This document shows, in pieces, positions 23,301-33,418 of a stretch of 64,000 nucleotides of DNA. Origin of the DNA: Schizochytrium sp. TIO01 (Eukaryota > Protista > Bigyra: Labyrinthulomycetes); the NCBI GenBank assembly GCA_004764695.1, contig SMSO01000025.1, positions 2,418,001 to 2,482,000 of the forward strand. The letters run 5' to 3'. Both the position numbers and the translations under genes were made by a program. The notes beneath the pieces are model-generated. The model was not told the origin of the DNA. It made no database searches and was given only the letters and a program-made list of their open reading frames with translations. The stretch's first letter is position 1. Each line of letters opens with the position of its first letter.

Positions 23301-24431
23301 CTTCCACATCTTCCATGCAGCCATTACATCTTTGTACTCAATCCGTCGCATAATGGCCTGAAGTTTTTGCATTCCCCAACGCTTACAATACAGTTGCGCT
23401 CGCAAACTAGTAACGTTGCAATTCTCTTGAACCCATTGCACATTTGCATTCACCTTTGCTTCAAGTTGTGACATAATTGCTTGAGTATCAGAGAGTTCTT
23501 CGCGCAGTGATTCTACAGAGTCCAGCCCAGAACGCCTTCGCTTCTTGCGCAGACGTTTTTTCCTTAAATTTCGTCCATCCAGTCTACCAGTACTGATTGG
23601 ATTCTGCTTTGTATCTGTTTGTGACGGGTCAATGTCCTGAATTTGTGCATCTAAAGTCCTTTTCATCTCTTCCATCCTTTTCCGAGTTTTCATCAAAGAA
23701 ACAAACTCCTCATAATCAATGCTTCCATCACCATCAGCGTCTGCTGATGTCATAATTTCTTCAAAATCTGTTTCCTCAATGCCTAGAGCACGTAGAACCT
23801 GAGTGACTTCTTCACTTGACAATGATCCACTACCATCTGTATCGAAGCGTTCAAAGGCTTGCAAATACTGGCTTGCTGCTTCCTCTGCAGCTCGATCAGC
23901 TTCATCTAAAGCACGGACCATTTCTTCATCCATATCTAAGGCTACGGAGAGCACACCAACGTCGCTGCTGCGCCGCCTTGTACGATTATGGTGTTCCTGA
24001 TGTTGTTGTTTATGCTGCTGCTGTTGATGTGCTACTTTGCCCTTGCTCTGTACTTGTCTATATCGAGGAATTGGTGATTTTGATGCACGCGAATGATGCC
24101 CTACTGGTGGTTTGCGTGCTTCACTTCTTTGCATGTCAGGTTTCCCCTCTTTTCGACCTCGACGGGAACGTAGGGATAAATTGCGTCCATTCATTGGTTT
24201 TTTGTTTGCATGAGTTATTTTCTCCGCCCATCTTTCAGTTTGGGGAATCTCTGGTCCTTCGTCTATACTTTGGACCTTCTCAGCCCTTTTTTGACTTTGG
24301 CGCTCTTGTTTCTGGAGCTTCGTAAGTGTTTCTCGAACGGTATCAACATCGAGGAGTTTGACCTTGTGACCTCGACTGACGAGAGTTTTTCCATTGAGTT
24401 TACTGGCTGCCGGAAAGTAGACGTCCGACAT
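20382..24431 (-). CDS. EF-hand pair + multi-IQ coiled-coil + tandem WW domain protein
   Basis: EF loops DTDGSGSLSSEE and DADGDGSIDYEE; 21 IQ-like motifs (AAxxIQxxxRGxxxR); two WW domains (WVEYWDENSQAYYYYNTVTGEASWTDP; WLQYYDDTYQAAYYYNQYTGETAWEAP). Confidence 0.9.
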   Translation of the reverse strand: MSDVYFPAASKLNGKTLVSRGHKVKLLDVDTVRETLTKLQKQERQSQKRAEKVQSIDEGPEIPQTERWAEKITHANKKPMNGRNLSLRSRRGRKEGKPDMQRSEARKPPVGHHSRASKSPIPRYRQVQSKGKVAHQQQQHKQQHQEHHNRTRRRSSDVGVLSVALDMDEEMVRALDEADRAAEEAASQYLQAFERFDTDGSGSLSSEEVTQVLRALGIEETDFEEIMTSADADGDGSIDYEEFVSLMKTRKRMEEMKRTLDAQIQDIDPSQTDTKQNPISTGRLDGRNLRKKRLRKKRRRSGLDSVESLREELSDTQAIMSQLEAKVNANVQWVQENCNVTSLRAQLYCKRWGMQKLQAIMRRIEYKDVMAAWKMWKVHVAKQRNEAQVAQYMKLKGSRRLTSLFANWKRKQSIAALNTWLRVIEHERTMERLAATLQIQRVIRGFLGRLRASEKIRSYAALQIQRTFRGHQGRERAAAKRVALRDVRAATYIQRCYRGYAGKKLAAAMLLAHRENTAATKVQALWRARRDRAHFADILKAHLKRLAATNIQRVFRGFVARQIVAVRQQAIAEYMSAVIIQAQIRGYQGRIHGFELMETRMQLIAEDEASLKIQACFRGYRSRRQVLHMRQTKAAVLLQKTWRGHRDWVGTRVVRLHNRQRSRAAVKIQQIARGYIARKHVNKIREENVAARHIQRIRRGQIARRRFQSRKEAFAQDLRRNLAREQAATRIQALGRGYLGRKRALSFRRLRNERLRRESEARHVVEQQEADAATKLQALQRGRVARKAFEEEKRAAEIIRQQIQRAKEEAAATRIQSQFRAKLARDRVRKIHAKKAQEALAQLREQEHALQERQERQLAAIRMQSAWRSKQARDVALQRRKNIAAQQKLAEEEAAALKIQNRIRSAQAKKETKRRREKRAKLLQEAKDKNVRSKLELEHRQEEAAVHIQSFLRQVKSRREARKLRQKQAALRHAQLDNEKRLAAAKIQAMYRAWRDRKVCKRIKWERENQELVRQRREESKRRKALEQQDQEEHAALKIQSLTRARVARKEVEKRRASAMKEKMRLKALEEERRQQRSMEEAALRIQCAFRTRQARRKMQERVREHQARLARIREESEREAELLRLREEQERDLAAIKVQSLYRAKAARLQTEAKRAQRDREFEVRRTQLAQQERELAASKIQAVYRGFRDRRALAKSKETARPATTEQWVEYWDENSQAYYYYNTVTGEASWTDPRVQAGYETVGSITDYDTDNYQYDHQFYDYNNYDQQGYDYYGQGAQQQDPATAYENSWNQQGAQGGATEEWLQYYDDTYQAAYYYNQYTGETAWEAPSGFVSKYADPTQAPRYG

Positions 24432-26932
24432 CGTCAAAATCTAGCAGTAAACAGTGAAAGATGACAACAAGCCGATATGACTTCAAGAACTACTTTCGTC
24501 CTTGGGTATGCTAGCTGAACCGCACTAATCGTGAGGTGCAATTCCCTTTCTTCGTTGCACAAATAGGCTTTGTGAGACTTTATTGCATTGCTCGATAATA
24601 TCCACTGACACAGCACTCAGGATGAACTGGCCTGGCTGCAAAGATCTCTTTGTTGTCTATGTTCTCTTGAAATTAGGTTCACCTCCTTCTGAACCACGTA
24701 TTCAAATACGATATTTTCCACCAAAGAAATCGTCAGTAAGCAGAGCTCTTAGTTGCCTTTCCGTGAAATCTATAGCAAGAAGATTTATTCCCTCTTGATG
24801 CTTTGCTTGCCTTCAGCTGCAATCAGAATATGCGTATAGAGAAAATATGTACTTTTGCGAGTTGTACCTCCTGAAATCAAACACCCGTCTTGAAGGTTAC
24901 TAATAAAGTAGAGGAGCTTGTTTTGACACGAACCGAGGTGCACAAATGCCAGGCTGCTTAGCGAGACACTGCGCGGCGTCCTCTAGAACGGAGGCAGCCG
25001 CAAACAGCTACGTACAACTGCTCTCACCGTTCTTATCGACGATGCCCTTCCCCTTTTCTGCCCAAGTTGAATATTAGTGCGCTATCTCACTTACTGATAA
25101 TTCACCTAATCAGAAACCTAACACAGACTTTTCAATTAGAGCAATACTTCTCCTTTCAAAAGCGATCGATCAAAATCAATGCCAAATCTCGAAGTCATTA
25201 AGGCCAGATATTTGACCAGAACCTTGCCTACAGAGATGTTCAAACACGCGAACTATGGCACCGTTCTCCTTACCAAACCGAAGCCTGAATTGAACGGATA
25301 GGTGTGTATTTAATATCAAGGATATCCTCGGTATAAAATGGGTTGCGCAAAGCTGTGCATCATTAAAGTTGCAGCCCAGAGCCTCTTAAGTTCATTAGCC
25401 ATTCATTTGTACACCGCTGCATTAACTTCGATTGGCATTGACGCATGGTACCTACCTTTGTATCTTCACTGTCCAATCCCAATCTGAATGTTGTCGCTGA
25501 TTTGGCAACTGAGAGACTCACGATTCGAATGGGTTCAGTTATGTTGGAAATGAACAAAGGAGCAATTGACTATTATGGTGCTTGCTGAATAGTAGGTGTT
25601 ACAGTAGTACCTAATAAATAAGGTAGTCTTCAAAGCGAACTTATTTCATAGAACTCATGAGTCGGAGCCACTCAATCTGCTTTTGGTCTTGACAGAGACT
25701 CCTCCCTCTCTCTACGTAGTGCGAACCTCCTACGTGTGGAGTAACTGGGAACGTCATCATGCCTGGAAATGCTGCTGCCTAATAGTACTTTTTGAGGAGA
25801 TTCTTATTATTAAAGTAAAAGAAGAGCCTTAAGATTTAAAATAAAAAATTGTCATTTTATTTTCATTTTCATTTTAATAATTATTTTATTATATAGCAAA
25901 ATAAAACAGAAGTTAATTGTTAAAGATCTTTTTGGCTCCACCTTCAAAGGTAAATTCCTTCCTTATTGCAGGTTTGACTGGCTTCAGGCTGCTTGATGAG
26001 TCCAGATTCGTGTGCCGAGTTCCCTCTATAGCCTGAAGATTGCTTTTGACGCCATGGTTCCTGAATCTTTATGGTTTCTGTTTCCTATTAGTTCGTTTGG
26101 TCAAGCAAGTTGACTTTGATTTCACCGACAAATAAAAATATTTTAACCTGCTACTACAAAACTCCAGAAAACGCCGCCGACTCGTGCCGGAATGCATCGA
26201 CCAGCACATCCTCAAACCCCTCAAGCTCGATTCAGACACGCGTATTTCCCTCTCATTGCCCGGCACGACGACATCTTCTTTACACTTGAAGATTAGATCT
26301 TAGTGTTCTGGCTTCACCTGCTCTTCCCTTCTTGGGTGTCGTTTCCTTCCTCAAGAACCAAAGTATTATCCATCATGGTCGAAACTGTTTCCGTGCCTGC
26401 AGTTCGATGCTCTGGTATTCCAACTCCTTCTCCGTCTTCGGGTCATGAGTCTTAGTGGAAGCTGCGAGGAAACCTGGTGGAGTCGCACATGGATCATTGT
26501 TGCCGAAGTGCTGTCTAGGGGCCACACCATTGTAGGAATGAATCACACTCATTGTGTACTTTGCAAATCATTGTAATGTTCTAATACTGTGATTGAGGTG
26601 TTTACGTATTTCTCGTTTCTTTCTTCGTCTCCAAAAAAGACAGCGCTTAGCAGTACTTGAATCCGATTCCAGACACTCCTTCTTCAGCGCCGGAGCGGCG
26701 AGTCCTGTCAACTCTGCTGCCGGAGTGCTTGCTCGGACGCAAGCGGCGGTCTTCCTGGCTGTAGGACTCGAGATAAGCCTGTTGGAGGAGTGGATTTGGC
26801 TGAGAGATCGCATTCTTGGGAACAAGTGATCTATCTTGTCAGTCCTTATCTTTCGTGTCCGGTCGGTCTTGGCTGAGCTTGGCGGTCGGCCTTGAATTGC
26901 TTTGACCCTGAGCTTCTTCGAGCTTGTAGACA

Positions 26933-29900
26933 ATGGGGATTGAGGAGGCAGACGATTTCCATCCGCCCACAGAGCATGCGGCGAGGTCTCCGTTGTGGAG
27001 AAACCCGACCCTAGCAGACCTCAAGGCAGATCAGCGAGGACTTTCTGACGAAGACGCAGACGAACATGCTGTCGGAGACCGCTGGATGACAGACCTGAAA
27101 GGAGGCGCCGACGCTGCCACTCGGAGCGTCGTTCTGCATGAGCCGGGGTTCTATGTTTTGCGCTTGGCAAGTATGCCAGGAGCTCTGAAATCTGATCATG
27201 AACCTAGTGAAGGCACCACGGGAGATCGCAAATCACTCGAAGAGGTCACACAGAGTTTATCTGCAAAGAAACACAAAAAACATGGCTCGAAGCGGGAAAA
27301 GTTTCGTCAAAAAATGGCCTCTCTCCGAACTATTACTAAAGGGAACTCCCGCAAGGTGGAGATTGATGTACGCGTGCGCGATGTGCATCATCTCTCTGTT
27401 CTAGTTTTAAATTCGTGTATGGAATCTGAACCGACATTGCAACAATACAGCTCACTTCTGCATGAGCAAGATGCTAGAGTCAGAAGCTCTTCTGCAGACC
27501 AAGCATATGATCAAAGGAAACGGTCTGGATCCGGTTCAGGATCCATCGATGCAGGTCCAAAGAAGGCGCCTTGCAACGATCTATCGAAACTTGTGTTGCG
27601 GTATGAGCATGGCCATGTTACAAGTGGCTCATCTTCATTCTACTTAGATCCAAGCAATGTGCCCGCGATTCTTGAGCTATCTATGAAAGCGAACCACTCA
27701 CACATTCTGGTTGGAGAGCTCTTTGTTTCATTCAAGGGGTCTGTGCTTTCATCAGCTGCAGCAAGGCAGCGCCAAAGACAGAGAGCATCCTCTCTTGAAG
27801 GAGCTGCAGCAACCACGCTTTCTTATGCGTCGATGAGGAAGCGCTTTCTTGAGGACAGTGGGGAGGGTAGTGTCGATCAAATTTTAGGCTCGGTGCTCTC
27901 GAGCCCTCAAAGCTCTGACAACGCAGGCGCGACCAGAAGTTTAGCTGCAATGTCCTCAACACCTCCTCGTCAACGTGGTGCCCCTAAGACAATTCTTGAT
28001 GAGCTTTCACAGGAGTCCAATAGGCCACAGTCAGCTCGAGGCCGTGCTTCGTCTCGCTTTAGCCTCGGTAATGAACCTACAGGGGCAGGGTTTGTAAACA
28101 GCAACCTGATCGGCGATGTCAGCGATACTCACTCTGAGGGAGGCACAGAAAACACATCTCGCGATTTGTCTGAGCGTGTGCGCCGCACTCTTGAGCCCTT
28201 GCCAGGTGAGGTTCAGATTGAGAATGTGGCAGCTTCGGAAGACGAAGACTCTACAGTGCAAGATCGTGCAACATCAAATCGCCACCGACGAGCCATGTCA
28301 TTATTTGCTCGTTACTCGGATATGTCTTCATCGCATACAATTAATAACAGCAGTGAGAACGACGAGGAAGATGATGAGGAAGAGAATCCCGATCATGTTC
28401 GTGAAACTAGCAGTGATGGAGGCAAGCCGACAAATAGGCCAATTCACCAACTTGCATACCATCGGACTATTAGCCAAGATGGTGGGGATTCAGATGTCCC
28501 TGAGGATGCCGAAGAATATAACAAAGAGATTGATGAATCGGGAGGTAATAGCTCACCCGGAAGCAAAGAGATTTTAGGAATTCCAAGCTCGGAGAGTACA
28601 ATAATCGCAGATGCAAGCCCAACGGAGCACGTGCATTACGCATCGAAGAGATCAATTCAACAACGCAAGCCTCGCTTCCGTGACAAACTTTTACAGCTTG
28701 AATCTGCTCATCTAAATGCGATGACAACTTCAGAGATGAGTCCAGCCGGTCTTCCGCCAGCTCCTTTTGAGAGGATTTGGGGAGAAATGAAGGATATGGT
28801 AAATAATTGTGATGATATTGGGCAAGCGATCCGTGCTCTGAACAAGCGAGTGAGGGCCGACCTTCCCATGAAACTCAAGCCCTTAGTAACTCAGGGTCGT
28901 TGGTTTTACGAGTTCAATGGCACTGGAGAACCCCTTGGTCGTGCCGTTTTGCTTCGCGGCGTTAATTTGTCTGGAAACGTAAAGCTTCCATACAAACCAA
29001 ATGGAAGCACGCAGCTGCGATTCGATTGGGGAAAACTCAAAGACCCTGCTATTGCAGCCGAACTCTCGTTCGTTGGTCGCCCCTTTCCGTTGGACGAAGC
29101 TCATGAGCACTTTTCACGCCTTCGCCGATGGGGATTCAACTGCTTTCGATTTCTTGTTACCTGGGAGGCCATTGAGCATGCCGGGCCAGGCGACTACGAT
29201 TCAGACTATCTTGATTATGTTGAGCTAATGGTTCGTATTGCTGGGAGCTATGGCTTTTATGTTTTTATTGACCCTCACCAAGATGTATGGAGCCGCATGA
29301 CGGGAGGTTCAGGAGCACCTGCGTGGACCTTGACTGCCGCTGGGTTAGACTTGGCCAAGCTTGAAGCTAGCGAAGCAGCCTTCACTCATAACTGTGCACC
29401 TGATGCAGCCCGGTTCCAACGAATGTCATGGCCTCAAAATTACCAGCGTTTTGCTGCAGCTCACATGTTTACTTTGTTCTGGGGCGGAAATGATTTTGCA
29501 CCAGATTTTGCAGTAGAAAGTGGCATTCCTATTCAAGAATATCTTCAGCGGCACTTCATCGATGCTATGCTCCAAATCGTATATAGAGTAAAGGATATGC
29601 CTCATGTGCTGGGATTTGATAGCTTTAATGAGCCCTCCCCAGGGTTTATTGGGCGACGTTTAGATGACCTTCCTGATGTCATTATTCCGCCAGGTCCTGT
29701 CTTTCGTCCGATCGACGCCATGGTAACTGCTGCAGGCCATAGTTGCAGCGTTGGGCGTGCTAACTCAATTGGACTCATCACTGGGCGGTACAAGGCAAAT
29801 CCTACGCGAACATCCGCCTGGCGGGAGGGTGTGGCTGATGTTTGGCAGCGAAATGGTCTTTATGACATTCAGGAAGTCACAAACGAGCAAGGTCAAAAAG

Positions 29901-30946
29901 TAGAAGTAGCACGTATCTTGCGACCAGAACACTTTTGTTACTTTCCAAGTCAAGACAAGCATATTAGTGCTAGTGTGCAGAAGGCAAAGGTTGAGTTCTT
30001 TCGAGACTATCTTCGTCCATTTATGGTCCTGTACATTAGTCGTATTCGTGCTCTTATGCCACGAGCGATCTTATTTGCAGAAGGCGATGGTTTTGGCGAA
30101 AAGGAATTCATTTGGGACCATGCTGACCCACGCGGCGTTGTGAATGCGTCACACTGGTACGATGGCTACACGCTATTCACAGCTAATTTCAATCCTCGGT
30201 TCTCGGTTGATGTTTCAACAAAAATGCCGGTGTTTGGTGCCCACCGCATTTACAACATGCACATGCGAGATCTTCGAGCTATCTCCGAGTTGCCACGGGC
30301 GTTGGATGGTGCTCCTGTCGAGATGCCAACTCTAATTGGAGAGTTTGGTTTACCATTTAACATGAACAACAAGTTTGGTTTCAAGACTGGAGACTTCAAA
30401 ATGCACGAACGCGCAATGTCAATGTACTATGATGTTATGGATGCTTTACAATTACACTCTACTCAATGGAATTACTGTGGTGATAATTGCAATGACTGGG
30501 GGGATAATTGGAACCTGGAGGATCTTTCGTTATTTTCACGCGACCAACAGAAGGAGTCCGCTCAGAAGGATATTAATTCAGGTGGAAGAGGTATTGAGGG
30601 GTTTTCTCGACCTTTCTCACCTTTTTGTTGTGGCAGACCTATTCTAACTGATTTTCAACGGAAAACCAGAAGCTTCGAGCACTCTTACGAGCCAAATCCA
30701 AGAAACTTTGACTATGGAAATCTAGAACATGCGACTGAAATCTACATTCCAGATATCCAATACATTGCTAAACAGACTTCATCAGTTGTGCAATTTGATA
30801 TAATTGTAGAAGGAGGTAAATTTAAGAAGCGGCAGCTTCCGGGTCGGCATATCCTCTACGTTTGGGCTGACCAGTCTGCTATGGAAGCGACCAATCATGT
30901 GAACTGTGTTACTGTGAGAATATTATTTCCCCTCATGGTTAAGTGA
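26933..30946 (+). CDS. Glycoside hydrolase family 5, EGCrP/sterylglucosidase-like (GH5_12-type), with long N-terminal extension
   Basis: LRGVNLSG, FVGRPFPLDEAHEHFSRLRRWGFN, TWEAIEHAGPG, DPHQDVWSRMTGGSGAP, acid/base FNEP, nucleophile IGEFG, WNY and WNLEDLS, as in fungal EGCrP1/EGCrP2/Egh1. Confidence 0.9.
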   Translation: MGIEEADDFHPPTEHAARSPLWRNPTLADLKADQRGLSDEDADEHAVGDRWMTDLKGGADAATRSVVLHEPGFYVLRLASMPGALKSDHEPSEGTTGDRKSLEEVTQSLSAKKHKKHGSKREKFRQKMASLRTITKGNSRKVEIDVRVRDVHHLSVLVLNSCMESEPTLQQYSSLLHEQDARVRSSSADQAYDQRKRSGSGSGSIDAGPKKAPCNDLSKLVLRYEHGHVTSGSSSFYLDPSNVPAILELSMKANHSHILVGELFVSFKGSVLSSAAARQRQRQRASSLEGAAATTLSYASMRKRFLEDSGEGSVDQILGSVLSSPQSSDNAGATRSLAAMSSTPPRQRGAPKTILDELSQESNRPQSARGRASSRFSLGNEPTGAGFVNSNLIGDVSDTHSEGGTENTSRDLSERVRRTLEPLPGEVQIENVAASEDEDSTVQDRATSNRHRRAMSLFARYSDMSSSHTINNSSENDEEDDEEENPDHVRETSSDGGKPTNRPIHQLAYHRTISQDGGDSDVPEDAEEYNKEIDESGGNSSPGSKEILGIPSSESTIIADASPTEHVHYASKRSIQQRKPRFRDKLLQLESAHLNAMTTSEMSPAGLPPAPFERIWGEMKDMVNNCDDIGQAIRALNKRVRADLPMKLKPLVTQGRWFYEFNGTGEPLGRAVLLRGVNLSGNVKLPYKPNGSTQLRFDWGKLKDPAIAAELSFVGRPFPLDEAHEHFSRLRRWGFNCFRFLVTWEAIEHAGPGDYDSDYLDYVELMVRIAGSYGFYVFIDPHQDVWSRMTGGSGAPAWTLTAAGLDLAKLEASEAAFTHNCAPDAARFQRMSWPQNYQRFAAAHMFTLFWGGNDFAPDFAVESGIPIQEYLQRHFIDAMLQIVYRVKDMPHVLGFDSFNEPSPGFIGRRLDDLPDVIIPPGPVFRPIDAMVTAAGHSCSVGRANSIGLITGRYKANPTRTSAWREGVADVWQRNGLYDIQEVTNEQGQKVEVARILRPEHFCYFPSQDKHISASVQKAKVEFFRDYLRPFMVLYISRIRALMPRAILFAEGDGFGEKEFIWDHADPRGVVNASHWYDGYTLFTANFNPRFSVDVSTKMPVFGAHRIYNMHMRDLRAISELPRALDGAPVEMPTLIGEFGLPFNMNNKFGFKTGDFKMHERAMSMYYDVMDALQLHSTQWNYCGDNCNDWGDNWNLEDLSLFSRDQQKESAQKDINSGGRGIEGFSRPFSPFCCGRPILTDFQRKTRSFEHSYEPNPRNFDYGNLEHATEIYIPDIQYIAKQTSSVVQFDIIVEGGKFKKRQLPGRHILYVWADQSAMEATNHVNCVTVRILFPLMVK

Positions 30947-30955
30947 ATGGATTTT

Positions 30956-31597
30956 TTATTTTGATTGTTTGCTGGCATTGCCAACATTGCCTTTAGCCAT
31001 AGCATCCCATCGACTTGGAGGAGCAAACCATGCTGCACCATAAGGACGAGAGTGAACCCTTGCATTATTACCAGGTCCGGTTTCGTCATCTTCGACAAGC
31101 ACACCACGCCTGCATTGTAGTTGATACATGTAGTCCTCTTGCTCCTCCACCTGTTGTTTGCTCAACAGCTCTCGTGGAATTTCTGTTGCTAGAGAAAGAC
31201 GGTCTGAGGCTTGCCACAGAACTGGTGCATCCAATCTCAGGTGAGCATTGTCCTCATCATGTACATCGAATTCTTCTGAGCTAGCCTGAGACGCACTGTG
31301 AATATTGCGCCGAGAAAGAGATTTCTGAGATAGTCTTGTATCACTTACTCGACTAGAAGCAGATGACTTTTTCTGCACATCATCTTCCTGCTGCTTTGGC
31401 TGGTCTGTACTAAGAGGACTTTCAAAAGAACTGTCGTCTACAAGATAATAGTATATTTCTTCATCCTCGGCCTCGCGGCCTTCATGATCTTCTACATCTT
31501 CTTCTTCTCTTTTGATATCCTCTTCACGTTTAATTTCCACGAGCTTGGCCAAGATAGCATCTAGCTCAGAGAGCTGTGCAATTTGCGATTCTTTCAT
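30956..31597 (-). CDS. Hypothetical acidic protein, 213 aa
   Basis: ATG-initiated 642-nt ORF, D/E/S-rich, with an aromatic C-terminal motif RPYGAAWFAPPSRW; convergent with the GH5 gene. Confidence 0.65.
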   Translation of the reverse strand: MKESQIAQLSELDAILAKLVEIKREEDIKREEEDVEDHEGREAEDEEIYYYLVDDSSFESPLSTDQPKQQEDDVQKKSSASSRVSDTRLSQKSLSRRNIHSASQASSEEFDVHDEDNAHLRLDAPVLWQASDRLSLATEIPRELLSKQQVEEQEDYMYQLQCRRGVLVEDDETGPGNNARVHSRPYGAAWFAPPSRWDAMAKGNVGNASKQSK

Positions 31598-32515
31598 TCG
31601 AGAGTTTCTATTTTGCCTCGTGCAAATAGATGATATCTGGCAAGCTATATCTGATTCAAATTAAATTAAATTAAGTCATATTTCGGAGACCTTGTCGAAA
31701 AGGCTCATCTTGGTAACTAAATTTTACAATGTATCTATCATGGTGCCCCTCAGGCAAAGAAGACTACATAAATATTGTATGTTAGACAGAGTACACACTC
31801 TAGAACCTTCAGCAACGGAACTCATCTTTTTTATTATTATTACGCCAAGAGAATAAATAACACAGCGCTTCCTGGGTGACCAGCTGATAGTGTTCTCTGT
31901 TTCCGAAGATCACCAGGCAGGCATGTTGGTAATTAGTGTTGTGTGCCTCAATACTAATGTGCAACCTTCTATTTATTCCCATGACTTCATCTTTGAGTGG
32001 TATGAGGCGCAATTTGGTATATATACCTCTAAGCATTTATATATTCAAAGGGAGGTAAAATATCTTACTCGCAACAATCAGCTTAGTAGAAAAAATTATG
32101 ATTCAAACGAAATTGGGCCAATCGAAAGATCTCTCTGTGTTGCCAACTCTGGAAATGCTGTTCCTTTGCTTACATCGTCATAGTATGAGTTCTGGTGAAC
32201 TGCTTATCATTATTCTCAACAGTTGGTTATTATATTTTTATTCTTATTGTTTTTAATTAAGAAATCTTCTTTCGACTAAGTTTCTTTCCCGTGTTTTCTT
32301 GTTCGATTCATCATATACTTTGGGAGGTACACAGTGTCAATAACTTGGAATTGACGCGTCGGATCTATCATACATCTTACGGCGGAGGGTCTCTTCAGCG
32401 ACTTCAACTGGCGTTTCGACTCTACTCGTGATTTGGCTCTCGTATTCTCTTCGTTAGCTCCTCTCACTTTCACTTTGCATTGACTGCTTGCGTGATTCTC
32501 AGCTTCGTTGAGGTC

Positions 32516-33418
32516 ATGAACACCATGGAGGGTGAGAAGGCCACCTGGATCATGGCGTCTGCTCGCGTTTGTGGTTCACTACTTTTCGCTGCTCTCGTTG
32601 CGCAGCGAGGTCTCAAGCGCAAGAGTTTGAACGAGAGTGGAGCTGCGGCTGCAGTTGCTGTCGCGTCAACCTCGATGGCCTGCCTGCCTCGAAGTGGCTT
32701 ATGCATGCTTGGATTTTATCTCTCGAGCTCCAAACTTACGAAGATGGGTGCGCAGAAGAAGGCCGAAATGGATGAAGAATATCTTGAAGGTGGTCAGCGA
32801 AATGCTGTCCAAGTTCTTTCCTGCTCGCTGTTGTCTACCCTTTTGGCTATGAGCCATTTCGCAGTCTTTGGATTTTGGGATGGACTCTGGAGTGCCACTC
32901 CACAGGGAAGCTTGCTGCACTCAGCGGTCCTGCTAGGCACAGCTGCGCATTACGCCACGTGCACTGCCGACACGTGGGCAAGTGAAGTTGGAGTCTTGAA
33001 CAAATCCTGGCCTCGTCTTGTTACACAGCCATGGCGTGTGGTTCCACCCGGCACAAATGGAGGCGTGAGTGCTCTCGGCCTTTTGGCTTCTACTCTTGGA
33101 GGCCTCTTCACAGGACTTGTGTTGTACGCTAGCGGACCGCTCTGTGGATATGGCTACGAATCTTATGTTTTCCACAATGATTGGGCCCTTATTCCCCTGA
33201 GCGGTGCCTTTGGTCTTCTTGGTAGCTTGGTAGATAGTCTGCTCGGTGCAACCTTGCAGGTAAGCCGTTACGATGAGGAGAAGAAATGTATCACAAACAA
33301 GCCAACAGGAACTTTGATTTGTGGTCACGATATCCTTGACAATCAACAAGTGAACATTGTCTCTGTGGTAGCTGTGACTGCCCTCGGATGTGCTTTGCCT
33401 TTTTTCGTGAAGATTTAA
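32516..33418 (+). CDS. TMEM19: TMEM19 / DUF92 family membrane protein
   Basis: KSLNESGA, FYLSSSKLTK, EGGQRNAVQV, ADTWASEVG, VPPGTNGGVS, GSLVDSLLGATLQ and ILDNQQVN are the DUF92/TMEM19 signature blocks; multiple TM helices. Confidence 0.92.
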   Translation: MNTMEGEKATWIMASARVCGSLLFAALVAQRGLKRKSLNESGAAAAVAVASTSMACLPRSGLCMLGFYLSSSKLTKMGAQKKAEMDEEYLEGGQRNAVQVLSCSLLSTLLAMSHFAVFGFWDGLWSATPQGSLLHSAVLLGTAAHYATCTADTWASEVGVLNKSWPRLVTQPWRVVPPGTNGGVSALGLLASTLGGLFTGLVLYASGPLCGYGYESYVFHNDWALIPLSGAFGLLGSLVDSLLGATLQVSRYDEEKKCITNKPTGTLICGHDILDNQQVNIVSVVAVTALGCALPFFVKI

